Shown here: piece by piece, positions 1 to 9,719 of the stretch | How positions within the stretch are numbered: position 1 is the stretch's first letter | How the letters are laid out: each line of letters opens with the position of its first letter | Source: a virus | Taxonomy: Duplodnaviria; Caudoviricetes | Length of the DNA: 64,000 nucleotides | IMG/VR virus record: IMGVR_UViG_3300042558_004043 | Direction: 5' to 3' (one strand) | The notes under the pieces: model-generated | What the model saw: only the letters and a program-made list of their open reading frames with translations | What the model was told of the DNA's origin: nothing | The model's database searches: none | Position numbers and translations under genes: made by a program

Positions 1-2
1 TC

Positions 3-68
3 ACATCCCTGACTATGGACACCATGATTAATCAAAAATTGTGGGAACTCGCTGAGTCCTATATCTAA
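3..68 (+). CDS. 3' end of a gene truncated by the window, possibly DUF932/DUF945 family
   Basis: Frame 3 reads TSLTMDTMINQKLWELAESYI*; the NxxLWELAE tail resembles DUF932 C-termini (recognised from memory); followed by a terminator. Confidence 0.4.
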   Translation, partial: TSLTMDTMINQKLWELAESYI

Positions 69-74
69 TCAAAA

Positions 75-99
75 TGGGGGAGGAAACTCCCCCACTTTT
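75..99 (+). terminator. Intrinsic terminator
   Basis: GGGGGAG-GAAA-CTCCCCC followed by a T-run. Confidence 0.85.
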
Positions 100-110
100 A
101 ACTTATTTTT

Positions 111-1844
111 ATGCAAGAAGTATATACCCAAAAATTTGAGACATTTCAAACAATTGATTTCTTTGACTTTAATGTTTTGGAACATAGAGAACAAGAAGAA
201 CAGGTTGGTATTTTTTTTGATATTTTTGGAAACACTAGGTTTAAAACATCTTGGGCTGAAAAATCTACAAATCTAACCAAAGAATATTTTGAATTGAACA
301 AAAAGAATACCTTATGTACATTAATTCACAAAAGGTTGAGTATTTTTGTAGTTAAGAATGAGGATAAAGTTACCCTCAAATACTTCTTATATACACGTAT
401 TAAAAAAGTTGGTGAAGTTTTTTATCGTGTTAGTACCACTTGTCATTATGTTTCTTACAATATTAAACGAAATTGTTTATATGTTGGTAAATTAATTAAT
501 TTTCATAAGAAACGAAAGACTATAAAACATGTAAAGATTCATACTTTTGACAGAGATATTGTCACGGACGCAATTATAACAATTAATTTGTGGTACAATC
601 ATGTTTTTGAGGACCGCCCCGAAAGAAAAATAAACAATATTTTTGGTCACAATGCGGTCAAAGAATTTTTGGCAAATATTCCTGGTGTGCAATACCATAA
701 GAATAAGATATCAAGTCAAACAATTTATAAAACCATACTGACAAAAAAAGGAGTTAAACTTTGTGACAACTGGGCTGTGTTTACTTGTATGTATCCACAA
801 CCAAAAACTAAAGACTATAAAAAGAATGGGCCAAAGTATTTGGATTCTATTATGATGTTGAATGAATTGAACGGTGATAAAATAAAAAGAGTATTACATA
901 AGCTTAAAAACTTTAATCCTAATCTATTTAAGACCGCAGTAAATTTTTTTGGAAAAGATTATATTTTAGGTCAAAGTGACGAGACTCTTATTGACATATT
1001 TGAATCTACTTGTGATAATGAATTTTATGTGGATTTCTCCATGATAACTTCAAAAAAAGAAAGAAATAATATATTTGAAATATTCAAACTTGTTGCCAAG
1101 GGTGAAGTCGATGTCCACACTTATATTGACCATTTTAGGTTTATTAGAAACATTAGAAGATTTGAACATGTAAAATGGAACTCAGCCACTTATGATGATT
1201 TCAGAGAGGAACATCTCAATCTAACCGAGTTGAATCAGTACTATACAAAAGGTACGTTTACTAGAATATACGGAGACAGGTTTATTGATTATATATCAAA
1301 TGGGATTAAATATGAGAATGACACATACTACCCTGAAATTTTAAAAACATCTAAAGACTATAATTTGGAATCGTTTGTTCAGTCAAATTGTGTTAAAGGG
1401 TATGTTCAAAGAGCCTCCGCGTTGATTGTTTCCCTTAGAAAGGGTGATAAAGAATCTAAAGAACGATTGACAGTTGAGTACCGAATAAGTAAGGGACATT
1501 CTATGCAAATAGATAGAGTTCAAACAAGAGGTAGGTTTAACCAAGACCCTGGACTTGACTGGAGTTTTGCTCTTGAAGTTTTGGATGAGAGAATGAACAG
1601 TTCTTTGGTGTATAATCTATTTGAGTTACCTAAAATTGTGTGTAAAGTTGGTAATAAAGAATTTGTATCCAACTCGATATTCGAAGAGCCTATAGGAAAT
1701 ACAATTAGACCTGTTAGACCTACAAATCTTTTTAATTTATTGAAGTCATCTCAGGATTTAATTTGGGAGGATAAAAATATCACTAATATTGATTATGCGG
1801 GTAATGATATAGTTACTATTTTGGATGATGATTTAAATTTCTAA
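111..1844 (+). CDS. PcfJ-like domain protein
   Basis: 577 aa ORF; C-terminal ESFVQSNCVKGY...IVSLR...RLTVEY...VQTRGRFN matches the PcfJ-like pattern. Confidence 0.7.
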   Translation: MQEVYTQKFETFQTIDFFDFNVLEHREQEEQVGIFFDIFGNTRFKTSWAEKSTNLTKEYFELNKKNTLCTLIHKRLSIFVVKNEDKVTLKYFLYTRIKKVGEVFYRVSTTCHYVSYNIKRNCLYVGKLINFHKKRKTIKHVKIHTFDRDIVTDAIITINLWYNHVFEDRPERKINNIFGHNAVKEFLANIPGVQYHKNKISSQTIYKTILTKKGVKLCDNWAVFTCMYPQPKTKDYKKNGPKYLDSIMMLNELNGDKIKRVLHKLKNFNPNLFKTAVNFFGKDYILGQSDETLIDIFESTCDNEFYVDFSMITSKKERNNIFEIFKLVAKGEVDVHTYIDHFRFIRNIRRFEHVKWNSATYDDFREEHLNLTELNQYYTKGTFTRIYGDRFIDYISNGIKYENDTYYPEILKTSKDYNLESFVQSNCVKGYVQRASALIVSLRKGDKESKERLTVEYRISKGHSMQIDRVQTRGRFNQDPGLDWSFALEVLDERMNSSLVYNLFELPKIVCKVGNKEFVSNSIFEEPIGNTIRPVRPTNLFNLLKSSQDLIWEDKNITNIDYAGNDIVTILDDDLNF

Positions 1845-1845
1845 T

Positions 1846-2163
1846 ATGATTGAAGTACCTAAATTTTGTGTTGACAAATTTAAAACCACATTTGGTTATG
1901 AACCGTCATTTATTCAAATAAAGATGGATAACGATGAACGTATTGAAAAACTAACTTCTAAATCAAGAACAATATGGTTTTCATCCGTTTTTAGACATAA
2001 CGGTGTGTTTATAAAAGAGAAATTAGTTGAATATGATGCGATGGGTATCTATATTTATATTTTAAGAGATGACGAATCTCCTATAACCGATGTGACATTC
2101 ATGACCACTATTGATAGACAAAGTGTTTCAGAATTCACAATACACAATCTAAATAAAAAATAA
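1846..2163 (+). CDS. Hypothetical protein
   Basis: 105 aa ORF abutting both neighbours. Confidence 0.75.
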   Translation: MIEVPKFCVDKFKTTFGYEPSFIQIKMDNDERIEKLTSKSRTIWFSSVFRHNGVFIKEKLVEYDAMGIYIYILRDDESPITDVTFMTTIDRQSVSEFTIHNLNKK

Positions 2164-2164
2164 A

Positions 2165-2488
2165 ATGGAATTAACTTCAGAACAGTTTGAACAAAAAATG
2201 AAGAGCGGCGAAAAGATGGTCGTTGAATTTTGGGCCCCATGGTGTGGACCTTGTAAAATGATGAAACCAACATTTGAAAAGGTTTCTCAAAATCTTAAAA
2301 ATGAAAACTTTGGTGTTACATTGTACACCATGAACGTGGACTCAAATAGAGACACCGCTATGAAATATGGTATACGTAGTATCCCTACAACTAAAGCTTT
2401 TTCAAACGGTAAAGAATCTTCAACTAAAGTTGGAGTTTTGGGTGAATCACAAATTAAAGAATTTGCAAATAGTATATTAAATGGATAA
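2165..2488 (+). CDS. trxA: Thioredoxin
   Basis: FWAPWCGPCK active site, SIPT cis-Pro motif, 107 aa. Confidence 0.95.
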   Translation: MELTSEQFEQKMKSGEKMVVEFWAPWCGPCKMMKPTFEKVSQNLKNENFGVTLYTMNVDSNRDTAMKYGIRSIPTTKAFSNGKESSTKVGVLGESQIKEFANSILNG

Positions 2489-2762
2489 GATTGTAGTTGT
2501 GTTCACAATGAAAACATGTGGATTCTGTGAACAGTTCAAAAATAAATTGAACGAAAATAACATTAATTTCGTGAATAGAGATATTCATGAAAATAAAGAA
2601 GAGTATGATATGTTTGTTAAAAAAACAGGTAATGATTTTGTACCTTCTTTTATGATTATTGAATCACCAAATGAAAATCCTGTGTCTCATTTGTATGCAC
2701 CAGGAAGAGATTACGAGGATTTGGACAAGGCGGTTAGTATTATTAAGGAACACGTAGGTTAA
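2481..2762 (+). CDS. Glutaredoxin-like protein
   Basis: CGFC motif near the N-terminus, VPSF motif, 93 aa. Confidence 0.85.
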   Translation: MDKIVVVFTMKTCGFCEQFKNKLNENNINFVNRDIHENKEEYDMFVKKTGNDFVPSFMIIESPNENPVSHLYAPGRDYEDLDKAVSIIKEHVG

Positions 2763-3287
2763 ATGAATCTTAACTTCAATAAACATGGAAAACTCCATAC
2801 CCCAATTACTTATTGGGAATTGGAGGATGGTAATACTGTGGTAATATATCAGGGTTCGAGAGGTGCGAACCCTGATTTAGATTTTATTGTTAAGTACAAA
2901 GCTCCTAACAAACGACTTAGAGCTCCATCTCATACCCATTGGATTGTTGATTTAATTATTAAGTCAAAGTTCGCACCCGAAGATTTATGTTCTTTTGTTA
3001 AAGAATGGATTGAGATATATGACACGATTGAACCATTTAAAAACGTAGAAGAAAGAGAGAGTTATCAATTAATTTATAAAGACTATTTTAGTCAAAAATA
3101 TTTTACGATAGATAATTTAGGTGAATTCTCAGTTGAATTTGTTTCAACTTTAATTGAATTATTTATCAGGTGTGAAAAACAAACACCCGATGCTTTTATG
3201 TTTAAGAATCTCTTAATTTTAATTAGTGATTATTGTCAGGATAAAAAAGATTTTTATCAAGTTGTCTCTTATTCTAAGAGAGTTTAG
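2763..3287 (+). CDS. Hypothetical protein with RAPSHTHW motif
   Basis: 174 aa ORF co-transcribed with trx/grx. Confidence 0.7.
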   Translation: MNLNFNKHGKLHTPITYWELEDGNTVVIYQGSRGANPDLDFIVKYKAPNKRLRAPSHTHWIVDLIIKSKFAPEDLCSFVKEWIEIYDTIEPFKNVEERESYQLIYKDYFSQKYFTIDNLGEFSVEFVSTLIELFIRCEKQTPDAFMFKNLLILISDYCQDKKDFYQVVSYSKRV

Positions 3288-4108
3288 ATAATAAATAATT
3301 CACTTATACGGTCTTTTTTTAACCATGGTTTTATTTCTAATTGAGAATCAATTTCTTTAGATAAATCGTAATTCTTAAGTGTTGTATTAGAAAATCTTGG
3401 TATATTAAAATCAAAAACGTCTAAAACCATAGATTTAACTTTTTCAGATAGGTAAGGTGAGCCTGATATAATTTGAATATCTAAATCTCCATTTTCATCT
3501 TTAACATCTGAAATTTTAAAAGTTATTTTGTCAGTTTTGATTGATGAGAATAATTGGTTACAAATGTATTCTGAATAGTAGTAATGTGCTCTACCGTTAT
3601 CTAAACTATAACCGTATGGAAACTCAGATGTGACACAAACATAATTTCTACTAAACATTGAATTGGGTTCGGTTAAATGAGTATATTCTAAATCAAATAA
3701 TAATTCTTTTCTAAAGTCTAAACTGTTATAGTAAACATCCATATGGTTGTAAACGTAACTCAATACCTTTTCATGAAATGAAGGACACATGGTATTATGA
3801 AACTCAAAGTAAGATTCAAATATTTCATCGAATCCTAAATTATCATATTCAATTAGGTCAATTACGTTAATTCTTTCATATTCTAAATCAACCATTGTTT
3901 GTTTATTTTCTTCGTAGAATCTTTCTTTTATTTCAGATAAATCCAAAATAGTTTTAGATTCGGTTTTTCCCGCAACAACCAAAAAGTTTTTGAAGTCTGA
4001 AACCTCGATTATTGTTTTATATTTTTTTTCTTTTTGAATTTCGCAAAGAATAAAATCCGCAAACTTATTCACAATGCCTCTTCTCGATTTTGGATTAATA
4101 TACCTCAT
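3284..4108 (-). CDS. Hypothetical protein, weak resemblance to a degenerate MetK (SAM synthetase) fold
   Basis: 274 aa; segments FADFIL, LVVAGKT, PYGYS and VLDVFDF..LKNYDL loosely follow MetK order, but the canonical GHPDK and GGG motifs are absent. Confidence 0.35.
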   Translation of the reverse strand: MRYINPKSRRGIVNKFADFILCEIQKEKKYKTIIEVSDFKNFLVVAGKTESKTILDLSEIKERFYEENKQTMVDLEYERINVIDLIEYDNLGFDEIFESYFEFHNTMCPSFHEKVLSYVYNHMDVYYNSLDFRKELLFDLEYTHLTEPNSMFSRNYVCVTSEFPYGYSLDNGRAHYYYSEYICNQLFSSIKTDKITFKISDVKDENGDLDIQIISGSPYLSEKVKSMVLDVFDFNIPRFSNTTLKNYDLSKEIDSQLEIKPWLKKDRISELFII

Positions 4109-4164
4109 ATAAAATGTTTTTGAAATAGATAAACAAAAAAATTCAAATCCTAAATACTTTAAAT

Positions 4165-4190
4165 AAAAAAGGGGATAAAAATCCCCTTTT
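4165..4190. terminator. Bidirectional-type intrinsic terminator
   Basis: A6-GGGGAT-AAAA-ATCCCC-T4. Confidence 0.75.
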
Positions 4191-4206
4191 AATTTTTCAT
4201 GAAAAA

Positions 4207-4374
4207 TTACTTTTTGTAATATTTCTCCACTGTTTTCCTAATAGACTCCTGAATATTTTGATTGTTACTCGGTGGTGGAGCCTGTTGAGGTTGAGGTTGT
4301 GGAGGAACCTGCTGACCCAACGGCTGAGGTTGAGGTTGAGCCTGATTACCTTTGTTTTTACATCCGCATCCCAT
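4207..4374 (-). CDS. Small MGCGCK peptide with Q/P-rich middle (55 aa; not in ORF track)
   Basis: Read manually: MGCGCKNKGNQAQPQPQPLGQQVPPQPQPQQAPPPSNNQNIQESIRKTVEKYYKK; upstream TATTTAT on the minus strand; downstream terminator. Confidence 0.8.
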   Translation of the reverse strand: MGCGCKNKGNQAQPQPQPLGQQVPPQPQPQQAPPPSNNQNIQESIRKTVEKYYKK

Positions 4375-4460
4375 AACTTTTTATTTTTAAACGTTTATAT
4401 ATCATAAATATCTAAATTTGGTGTATATTGTAAATATTTTATTTGAATTTACAAATATTT

Positions 4461-5861
4461 ATGATTATGACAAAAAGTCTTAGTTTCAAAAATACCATAA
4501 AAAATATGTTAGTAGAACAGAGTGAAGATGAGTTCTACAAAATATCACCTGAGGAGTTTACAGAACTAATGAAGTTTGGTAGTTATCATGGTAAAGGTGT
4601 AAGTAAATTAAAAATGTTTGGAGGTAAACCGATATGGATTACCGGTAATTTAGATTTGTCAAATACTCCTACAGACTCATTAGGTAATGTTAAATATGTT
4701 GATGGTAGATTAGATATCAGTAGAACAAATATTAGTGATTTGTCTGGTGTTAAGGTTAAAGGATATATTTGGGATGGAGGTACACCTATTGAAAAAAAGA
4801 GACTTGCCGCCATTTTAAAAGAAAAGATGGAAGAGGCTGAAGAAAGACGACAAAGAGATGAATGGAGTGTAGAGGAAGGAGACGAAATAGGTTTAAGAGC
4901 CCAAGCACTATTTAAAAATTTGATAAATGATGAAAAAATTTTCGCCATAACAGGAGAAGATATTGGAAGATTAGAAGGTTTGAGGGCTGATTTGGAGGAG
5001 TTAAATAATAGATATAGTGAAACCGAAGGAGAAGATGATGATTTGTTAAGACAAATAAATGATATTGAGGAAAAGATTCGAGAAATACAACAAAATTCCG
5101 CAGACGTATATAACATAGTACCAATGAAATATAACTATTATGGTTTACCTCAGTTTGAAGTTATTGGTGTTGATGATTTAGTAGGGGAAGAATATGCGGT
5201 TGGTGATGAAAGTGAAATGGATGACGCGGCACTTCAATATGCTAAAAACTACCTTGATGAGGCTGGTATTGAAGGCTTAAGAGACCATTTTATTGAGGAC
5301 CATTTAGATACTGATGCGATTGAATATTTCTTCAAAGATTTTTATGATGATGATGTTAGGAATAATCTTGATGTTTATTTTGATGAAAGTGAACTACCTA
5401 ACACAGAAGAACAAGAAAAAAGGAAACAGGAATTAGAGGAATACATTACCAAAGCGGAAGGAGTCGTTAAAAAATTTGAACAAAAACAAGAGAACCTTAA
5501 TAACAAAACTGATGACCCTGATGAGTATACTAAACAGTATAACGAGATTCAATCAAAAATAGATATCATTCAAAATCATATTGACAACTCACAAGAGGAA
5601 ATTGATAATATGGAATCCACAGGACAGGTAACTGAGGAGATGATTGAAGAAAAAATTGAAGATATGGTATCAGATAAAATGAGTGACCCAAGGGGTTCTT
5701 TATCTGAATTTGGTATGGATATTAGTGAATATGTTGATATGGATTCACTGGCAGAAGCACTTGCTAAAAGTGATGGGTATGAAATTTTAGCATCTTATGA
5801 TGGAAGTTATGATACTGAAATGATAGACAACAAGTATTACTATATAATGAGAGTTAACTAA
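4461..5861 (+). CDS. Acidic coiled-coil protein with N-terminal LRR-like repeats
   Basis: ITGNLDLSNT...VDGRLDISRT repeats; very D/E-rich; leader ends MLVEQ. Confidence 0.75.
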   Translation: MIMTKSLSFKNTIKNMLVEQSEDEFYKISPEEFTELMKFGSYHGKGVSKLKMFGGKPIWITGNLDLSNTPTDSLGNVKYVDGRLDISRTNISDLSGVKVKGYIWDGGTPIEKKRLAAILKEKMEEAEERRQRDEWSVEEGDEIGLRAQALFKNLINDEKIFAITGEDIGRLEGLRADLEELNNRYSETEGEDDDLLRQINDIEEKIREIQQNSADVYNIVPMKYNYYGLPQFEVIGVDDLVGEEYAVGDESEMDDAALQYAKNYLDEAGIEGLRDHFIEDHLDTDAIEYFFKDFYDDDVRNNLDVYFDESELPNTEEQEKRKQELEEYITKAEGVVKKFEQKQENLNNKTDDPDEYTKQYNEIQSKIDIIQNHIDNSQEEIDNMESTGQVTEEMIEEKIEDMVSDKMSDPRGSLSEFGMDISEYVDMDSLAEALAKSDGYEILASYDGSYDTEMIDNKYYYIMRVN

Positions 5862-5887
5862 ATCTTTTTTTTATCACTGATATCAAC

Positions 5888-5895
5888 TATATTTG
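5888..5895 (+). promoter_or_regulatory. Bacteroidota -7 promoter element TAnnTTTG
   Basis: TATATTTG 7 nt before the ATG at 5903. Other copies on +: 10248, 10710, 18424, 28800, 30992, 31994, 32012, 54859, 57442, 60197. Copies on -: 20045, 28712, 42394, 43122, 51407. Confidence 0.8.
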
Positions 5896-5902
5896 TGATA
5901 AC

Positions 5903-6694
5903 ATGTCTAAAAAAACCAAAAATAATAATTCTTTTGTAATGAACACCGATTGGCTCTTCAATGGGACAATCGACGCCGAACAAAAAGAATATGTACTTTT
6001 AGGTTACTTCCAAAAAATGAATAAAAATTTGGAAGAGATGAGAATTTACCCTATGTTTACCGAACTTTCAATACATTTGGGTAATATTCAAACATTGTTA
6101 ACTCAAAACAAAATACTATATACCGACAAAAAATTAACCACAGATAACGATGAAATCTTTATTAAAGATTTGAAGGTTAAGGACATACCTGATTTAACCG
6201 ACGAGCAATTTGCCGAGTATCAAAAAATAATCAGAGTGAGTCAACCAATGTTATTTGATTATTTTAACATAGCCAAATCATTGTGGTCGTTAGCTTACGA
6301 TTCGGTAACCGTAAATGTTAAGAGGAATAAAAATAATTTAACAAGTAAGACGGGATTTTATTACACAATATATAAAGATAATCTTTATGTTTGGAGATAT
6401 ACTATGAAAAAAATTAGAGGGTTTAATAACCAAGTTAGAACCGATGCTAAATTGATATTTAGTGGAAGTCCTGACTCAACAGTTATTAAGGTCATATCAC
6501 AAACATCACCAACTTATAGAAAAAACAACGAAAGTAAGTTACCTATAATGGAAGTTGTTTGTCATGAAATGTTTCCACTGAATGAAACATTGGTACCACT
6601 AATGAAAAGAAAAGTTGTATCTTTGATACATCAAAGTATTAAAGTTGAAAAGTTATTAGAAGAAAGTAAAACAGTTGAAAATGGGGTTCAATAA
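5903..6694 (+). CDS. Hypothetical protein
   Basis: 263 aa ORF behind a TAnnTTTG promoter. Confidence 0.8.
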   Translation: MSKKTKNNNSFVMNTDWLFNGTIDAEQKEYVLLGYFQKMNKNLEEMRIYPMFTELSIHLGNIQTLLTQNKILYTDKKLTTDNDEIFIKDLKVKDIPDLTDEQFAEYQKIIRVSQPMLFDYFNIAKSLWSLAYDSVTVNVKRNKNNLTSKTGFYYTIYKDNLYVWRYTMKKIRGFNNQVRTDAKLIFSGSPDSTVIKVISQTSPTYRKNNESKLPIMEVVCHEMFPLNETLVPLMKRKVVSLIHQSIKVEKLLEESKTVENGVQ

Positions 6695-6854
6695 ATTAAT
6701 AGTCGGAAAAAACAAAATAAAGGAAATTGAGTCGGATTTAAATTTGATTGAAATTTATAAAAAGTACGACGCCATGATATTTGAATCTAATGAAATAAGA
6801 GATAAATTTAAATTTTTTGAAAATGAATACAATCAAAAAAAAGTTATTGGATAA
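6681..6854 (+). CDS. Small hypothetical protein (57 aa; not in track)
   Basis: MGFNKLIVGK...; fills the gap between neighbours. Confidence 0.5.
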   Translation: MGFNKLIVGKNKIKEIESDLNLIEIYKKYDAMIFESNEIRDKFKFFENEYNQKKVIG

Positions 6855-7008
6855 GTTAAGAAGACCTGTTCATATCACATTTATTTCTAACCATATTTTA
6901 AAACTTTCTATGGAAGAAACTGAAAAATTTATCAATGAAATGGTTGAAGAAGGTTTGATTGAAGAAAGTAAGTATGGTAAAGGTTATTATGTTGTAAAAA
7001 GTATATAA
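6817..7008 (+). CDS. Small winged-helix-like protein
   Basis: 63 aa; helix ending MVEEGLIEE followed by a beta hairpin (GYYVVK). Confidence 0.5.
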   Translation: MKMNTIKKKLLDKLRRPVHITFISNHILKLSMEETEKFINEMVEEGLIEESKYGKGYYVVKSI

Positions 7009-7012
7009 AACT

Positions 7013-7237
7013 ATGAAAGAAATGGTAAATCATCCTGACCATTATGGTGGTGAGGAAAACACATATGAAGTTGTAAAGGTATGCGAGGCTTGGAATCTTG
7101 ATATGGATGCTTATTTGTTTAATGTTGTAAAATATGTGGCAAGAGCCGGCAAAAAAGATTCTGATAAAGAACTGCAAGACCTTAAAAAGGCTCTTTGGTA
7201 TCTTGATAGAAAAATTAAAAATTTAGAGAAGAAATGA
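7013..7237 (+). CDS. DUF3310 family protein
   Basis: VNHPDHY...NVVKYVARAGKK...DLKKALWYL signature. Confidence 0.88.
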   Translation: MKEMVNHPDHYGGEENTYEVVKVCEAWNLDMDAYLFNVVKYVARAGKKDSDKELQDLKKALWYLDRKIKNLEKK

Positions 7238-8091
7238 TTGAAAACTATATAAATAAAGTAATCAATGGTGATTGTATTGAGGTAATGAAAGAAATGCCCG
7301 AGTCATTCGTCGATTTGATTGTGACATCGCCTCCATATGGAGTTGGAATTAATTACGATACTCATGACGATGATGTTGAGTTCCAAGATTATCTTGTTTT
7401 TACAAGACAATGGTTAACCGAAGCCTACAAAGTAATTAAGGACGATGGAAGAGTCGCAATTAATATTCCTTATGAGATTAATAGACAAGGTAAAGGGGGG
7501 CGAATATTCTTTGTATCTGAAGTTTATCAAATAATGAAAGAAGTAGGGTTTAAATTCTTTGGAATTGTTGATTTAGAAGAAGATAGTCCACATCGCAGTA
7601 AAACAACCGCATGGGGTAGTTGGATGAGTCCATCAAGTCCTTATATCTATAACCCAAAAGAATGTGTAATACTTGCATATAAGAAACAACACATCAAGAA
7701 AGTTAAAGGTGAACCACAATGGAAAGGAGAACCTATCACAACCGAGGAAGGTAAGACAAAGATGTTATATACCGAACAGGATAAGAAAGAATTTATGGAA
7801 CTGGTGTTCGGACAATGGAAATATTTGAATGACTCAAGACCAATGACAAAGGCGACTTTCTCAATGGATATTCCTACCAAAGCTATTAAGATTCTTACGT
7901 ATAAGAATGACATTGTATTAGACCCCTTCAATGGAAGTGGTACAAGTTGTGTGGCTGCGGAAATTTTAGATAGAAGGTGGATTGGTATTGAACTTTCTGA
8001 GAATTATACTAAGATTGCTACAGAAAGGATACAATCCTTTGTTGACCAAAAAAGGCAACAAGTTTTAGAGTTTGAAAATGGGGGTGAATAA
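7234..8091 (+). CDS. DNA N4-cytosine/N6-adenine methyltransferase (beta class)
   Basis: Catalytic TSPPY motif precedes the SAM-binding VLDPFNGSGT motif. Confidence 0.92.
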   Translation: MIENYINKVINGDCIEVMKEMPESFVDLIVTSPPYGVGINYDTHDDDVEFQDYLVFTRQWLTEAYKVIKDDGRVAINIPYEINRQGKGGRIFFVSEVYQIMKEVGFKFFGIVDLEEDSPHRSKTTAWGSWMSPSSPYIYNPKECVILAYKKQHIKKVKGEPQWKGEPITTEEGKTKMLYTEQDKKEFMELVFGQWKYLNDSRPMTKATFSMDIPTKAIKILTYKNDIVLDPFNGSGTSCVAAEILDRRWIGIELSENYTKIATERIQSFVDQKRQQVLEFENGGE

Positions 8092-8113
8092 CCTCCATTT
8101 TTGTTTTATCTAA

Positions 8114-8120
8114 TATTTAT
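8114..8120 (+). promoter_or_regulatory. Recurrent TATTTAT motif (putative phage late promoter)
   Basis: Usually 5-20 nt upstream of an ATG. On +: 8114, 11446, 12251, 12771, 14605, 30340, 32777, 33126, 34816, 35484, 37357, 38951, 41053, 43637. On - (as ATAAATA): 23132, 24164, 24494, 24834, 25176, 25886, 26231. Confidence 0.6.
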
Positions 8121-8133
8121 ATAAAAAAAATCT

Positions 8134-8319
8134 ATGAATAACAAAATTATTTCAGAGGAACAATTTAAAGATAAATTAATCCAAATTTATAATGAGGAGA
8201 AACATTCCTTGATTAAAGAAAAAATTCAAATGTATGTTGAGAAAAGAAAGTCTTCAGTTAACGAGGAAGTTCAAGATTCATTAACAACATTAAAGAATAT
8301 TTTTGGAGGTAAAAAATAA
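8134..8319 (+). CDS. Small leader-type protein (IISEEQ)
   Basis: 61 aa ORF behind TATTTAT. Confidence 0.7.
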   Translation: MNNKIISEEQFKDKLIQIYNEEKHSLIKEKIQMYVEKRKSSVNEEVQDSLTTLKNIFGGKK

Positions 8320-9719
8320 TGAAAAAACTAATTTCTGAAAGTGGTATAAGAGATATTAATGCTTTAGCTCAAAGATACCCAAAGGCCGAAATATACTTTC
8401 ACCAGGACCTTGATGGTGTTACTACCGCGTTAGCCATGAAATCATATTTGGAACAACATGGAATTAAAGTTGTAGACGCTCACGTAATTCAATACGGAGA
8501 TAAAGAGTTCTCAATAAAAAAGAACGATGCAACAGGTGACGTAATGCCTGTTCTTGTTGATTTTGCTCACGGTAAACCAATGTTTGTTATTCACACTGAC
8601 CACCACGATAGACAAGCTGGAGCTGAAGATACGAAGTCTACGTCATTTAGACAATCTCGTTCAAATGTGGAGACTATATCACAAATTGTATCACCAAAAG
8701 AAATATTCCCTGATAAAGATGTTTTATTAATCTCAACAGTAGATTCGGCCAACTTTGCAAAATATGATATCACACCAGAACAAGTCATGAATTATTTGTT
8801 CAAGTTTGATAAAGATTCATCATTGCTGAAGAATAAAATGGCTATGGGTATGGTTGCTAATAAATTATTATTAGCCTTTAAAAACAAACCTGGGTTTTTG
8901 GAAAAATTAGTGATGGATTCAACACCGTCTTTAATTAATATTCTTGTCAACATAAGACAAATTATGAAGGAAAAAGGATATGCGGACATTCCTGACCTTG
9001 AAAAAAATAAGGAAGACTATGTTCAAAAAATGAAAAATTATCCTGAGGTATCTAATAATATAATTGTTCAGTATGGTGGTGGTAGTATGATGAAGCCGGG
9101 TTCGTATGATAGATATACCCCATTTAGAAACAACCCTGATGCCGACTTTTTAGTTATTGCATGGCCAATGGGGTTATTACAGGCTTCGTGTAATCCGTTC
9201 AAAAAAGATAGAGAATTAAAAGGTGTTAACTTAGGTGATATAGCTCAAGAGGTGTTATCTAAATGGGAAAGTCAATTAAAAGAAAGAGAAATACCACTAT
9301 CTACTATCAAATGGATTTCTGAGGATGTTAAAGGTTTTGGTCCTGAATCAGTTGGTTTTACATTTAAAGATTTTGTTGCTTTATATGGTAAGAACTATAA
9401 ATCAAAACAAAATGGTAAAGAGGAGTTGATTAACATCGGTAACTTAATGGAAAAACCATTTGAACAATTAACTGAGGAAGAAAGACAAATATTAGATGAG
9501 GTTACGGTTAATGCTTGGGATGTCATCCAGTCTAATTCAGGAGGTCACAAATGTATAACAAACATTTCAGGTTTAATGTATATGGGAAGGTCAAATAGAC
9601 CACCACAGGGAAAGTATAAGTATGACCCTGAAAGAGAGGATTCGCCATACATTAAATTTCTTAAGATGTTACAAAGAGAATTTGTTAGAGTATTACAGGA
9701 AAAGATAGGTCAGTCTTAA
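8319..9719 (+). CDS. DHH-family phosphoesterase with leader peptide
   Basis: HQDLDG, VDFAHG and TDHH motifs; C-terminal SGGH resembles the DHHA1 GGGH; N-terminus MKKLISESG. Confidence 0.75.
   Translation: MKKLISESGIRDINALAQRYPKAEIYFHQDLDGVTTALAMKSYLEQHGIKVVDAHVIQYGDKEFSIKKNDATGDVMPVLVDFAHGKPMFVIHTDHHDRQAGAEDTKSTSFRQSRSNVETISQIVSPKEIFPDKDVLLISTVDSANFAKYDITPEQVMNYLFKFDKDSSLLKNKMAMGMVANKLLLAFKNKPGFLEKLVMDSTPSLINILVNIRQIMKEKGYADIPDLEKNKEDYVQKMKNYPEVSNNIIVQYGGGSMMKPGSYDRYTPFRNNPDADFLVIAWPMGLLQASCNPFKKDRELKGVNLGDIAQEVLSKWESQLKEREIPLSTIKWISEDVKGFGPESVGFTFKDFVALYGKNYKSKQNGKEELINIGNLMEKPFEQLTEEERQILDEVTVNAWDVIQSNSGGHKCITNISGLMYMGRSNRPPQGKYKYDPEREDSPYIKFLKMLQREFVRVLQEKIGQS

Noticed and set aside
7234-8091. 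Classical linked type II restriction-modification operon
   Set aside because: Neighbours are DUF3310 and a small leader peptide; there is no adjacent endonuclease
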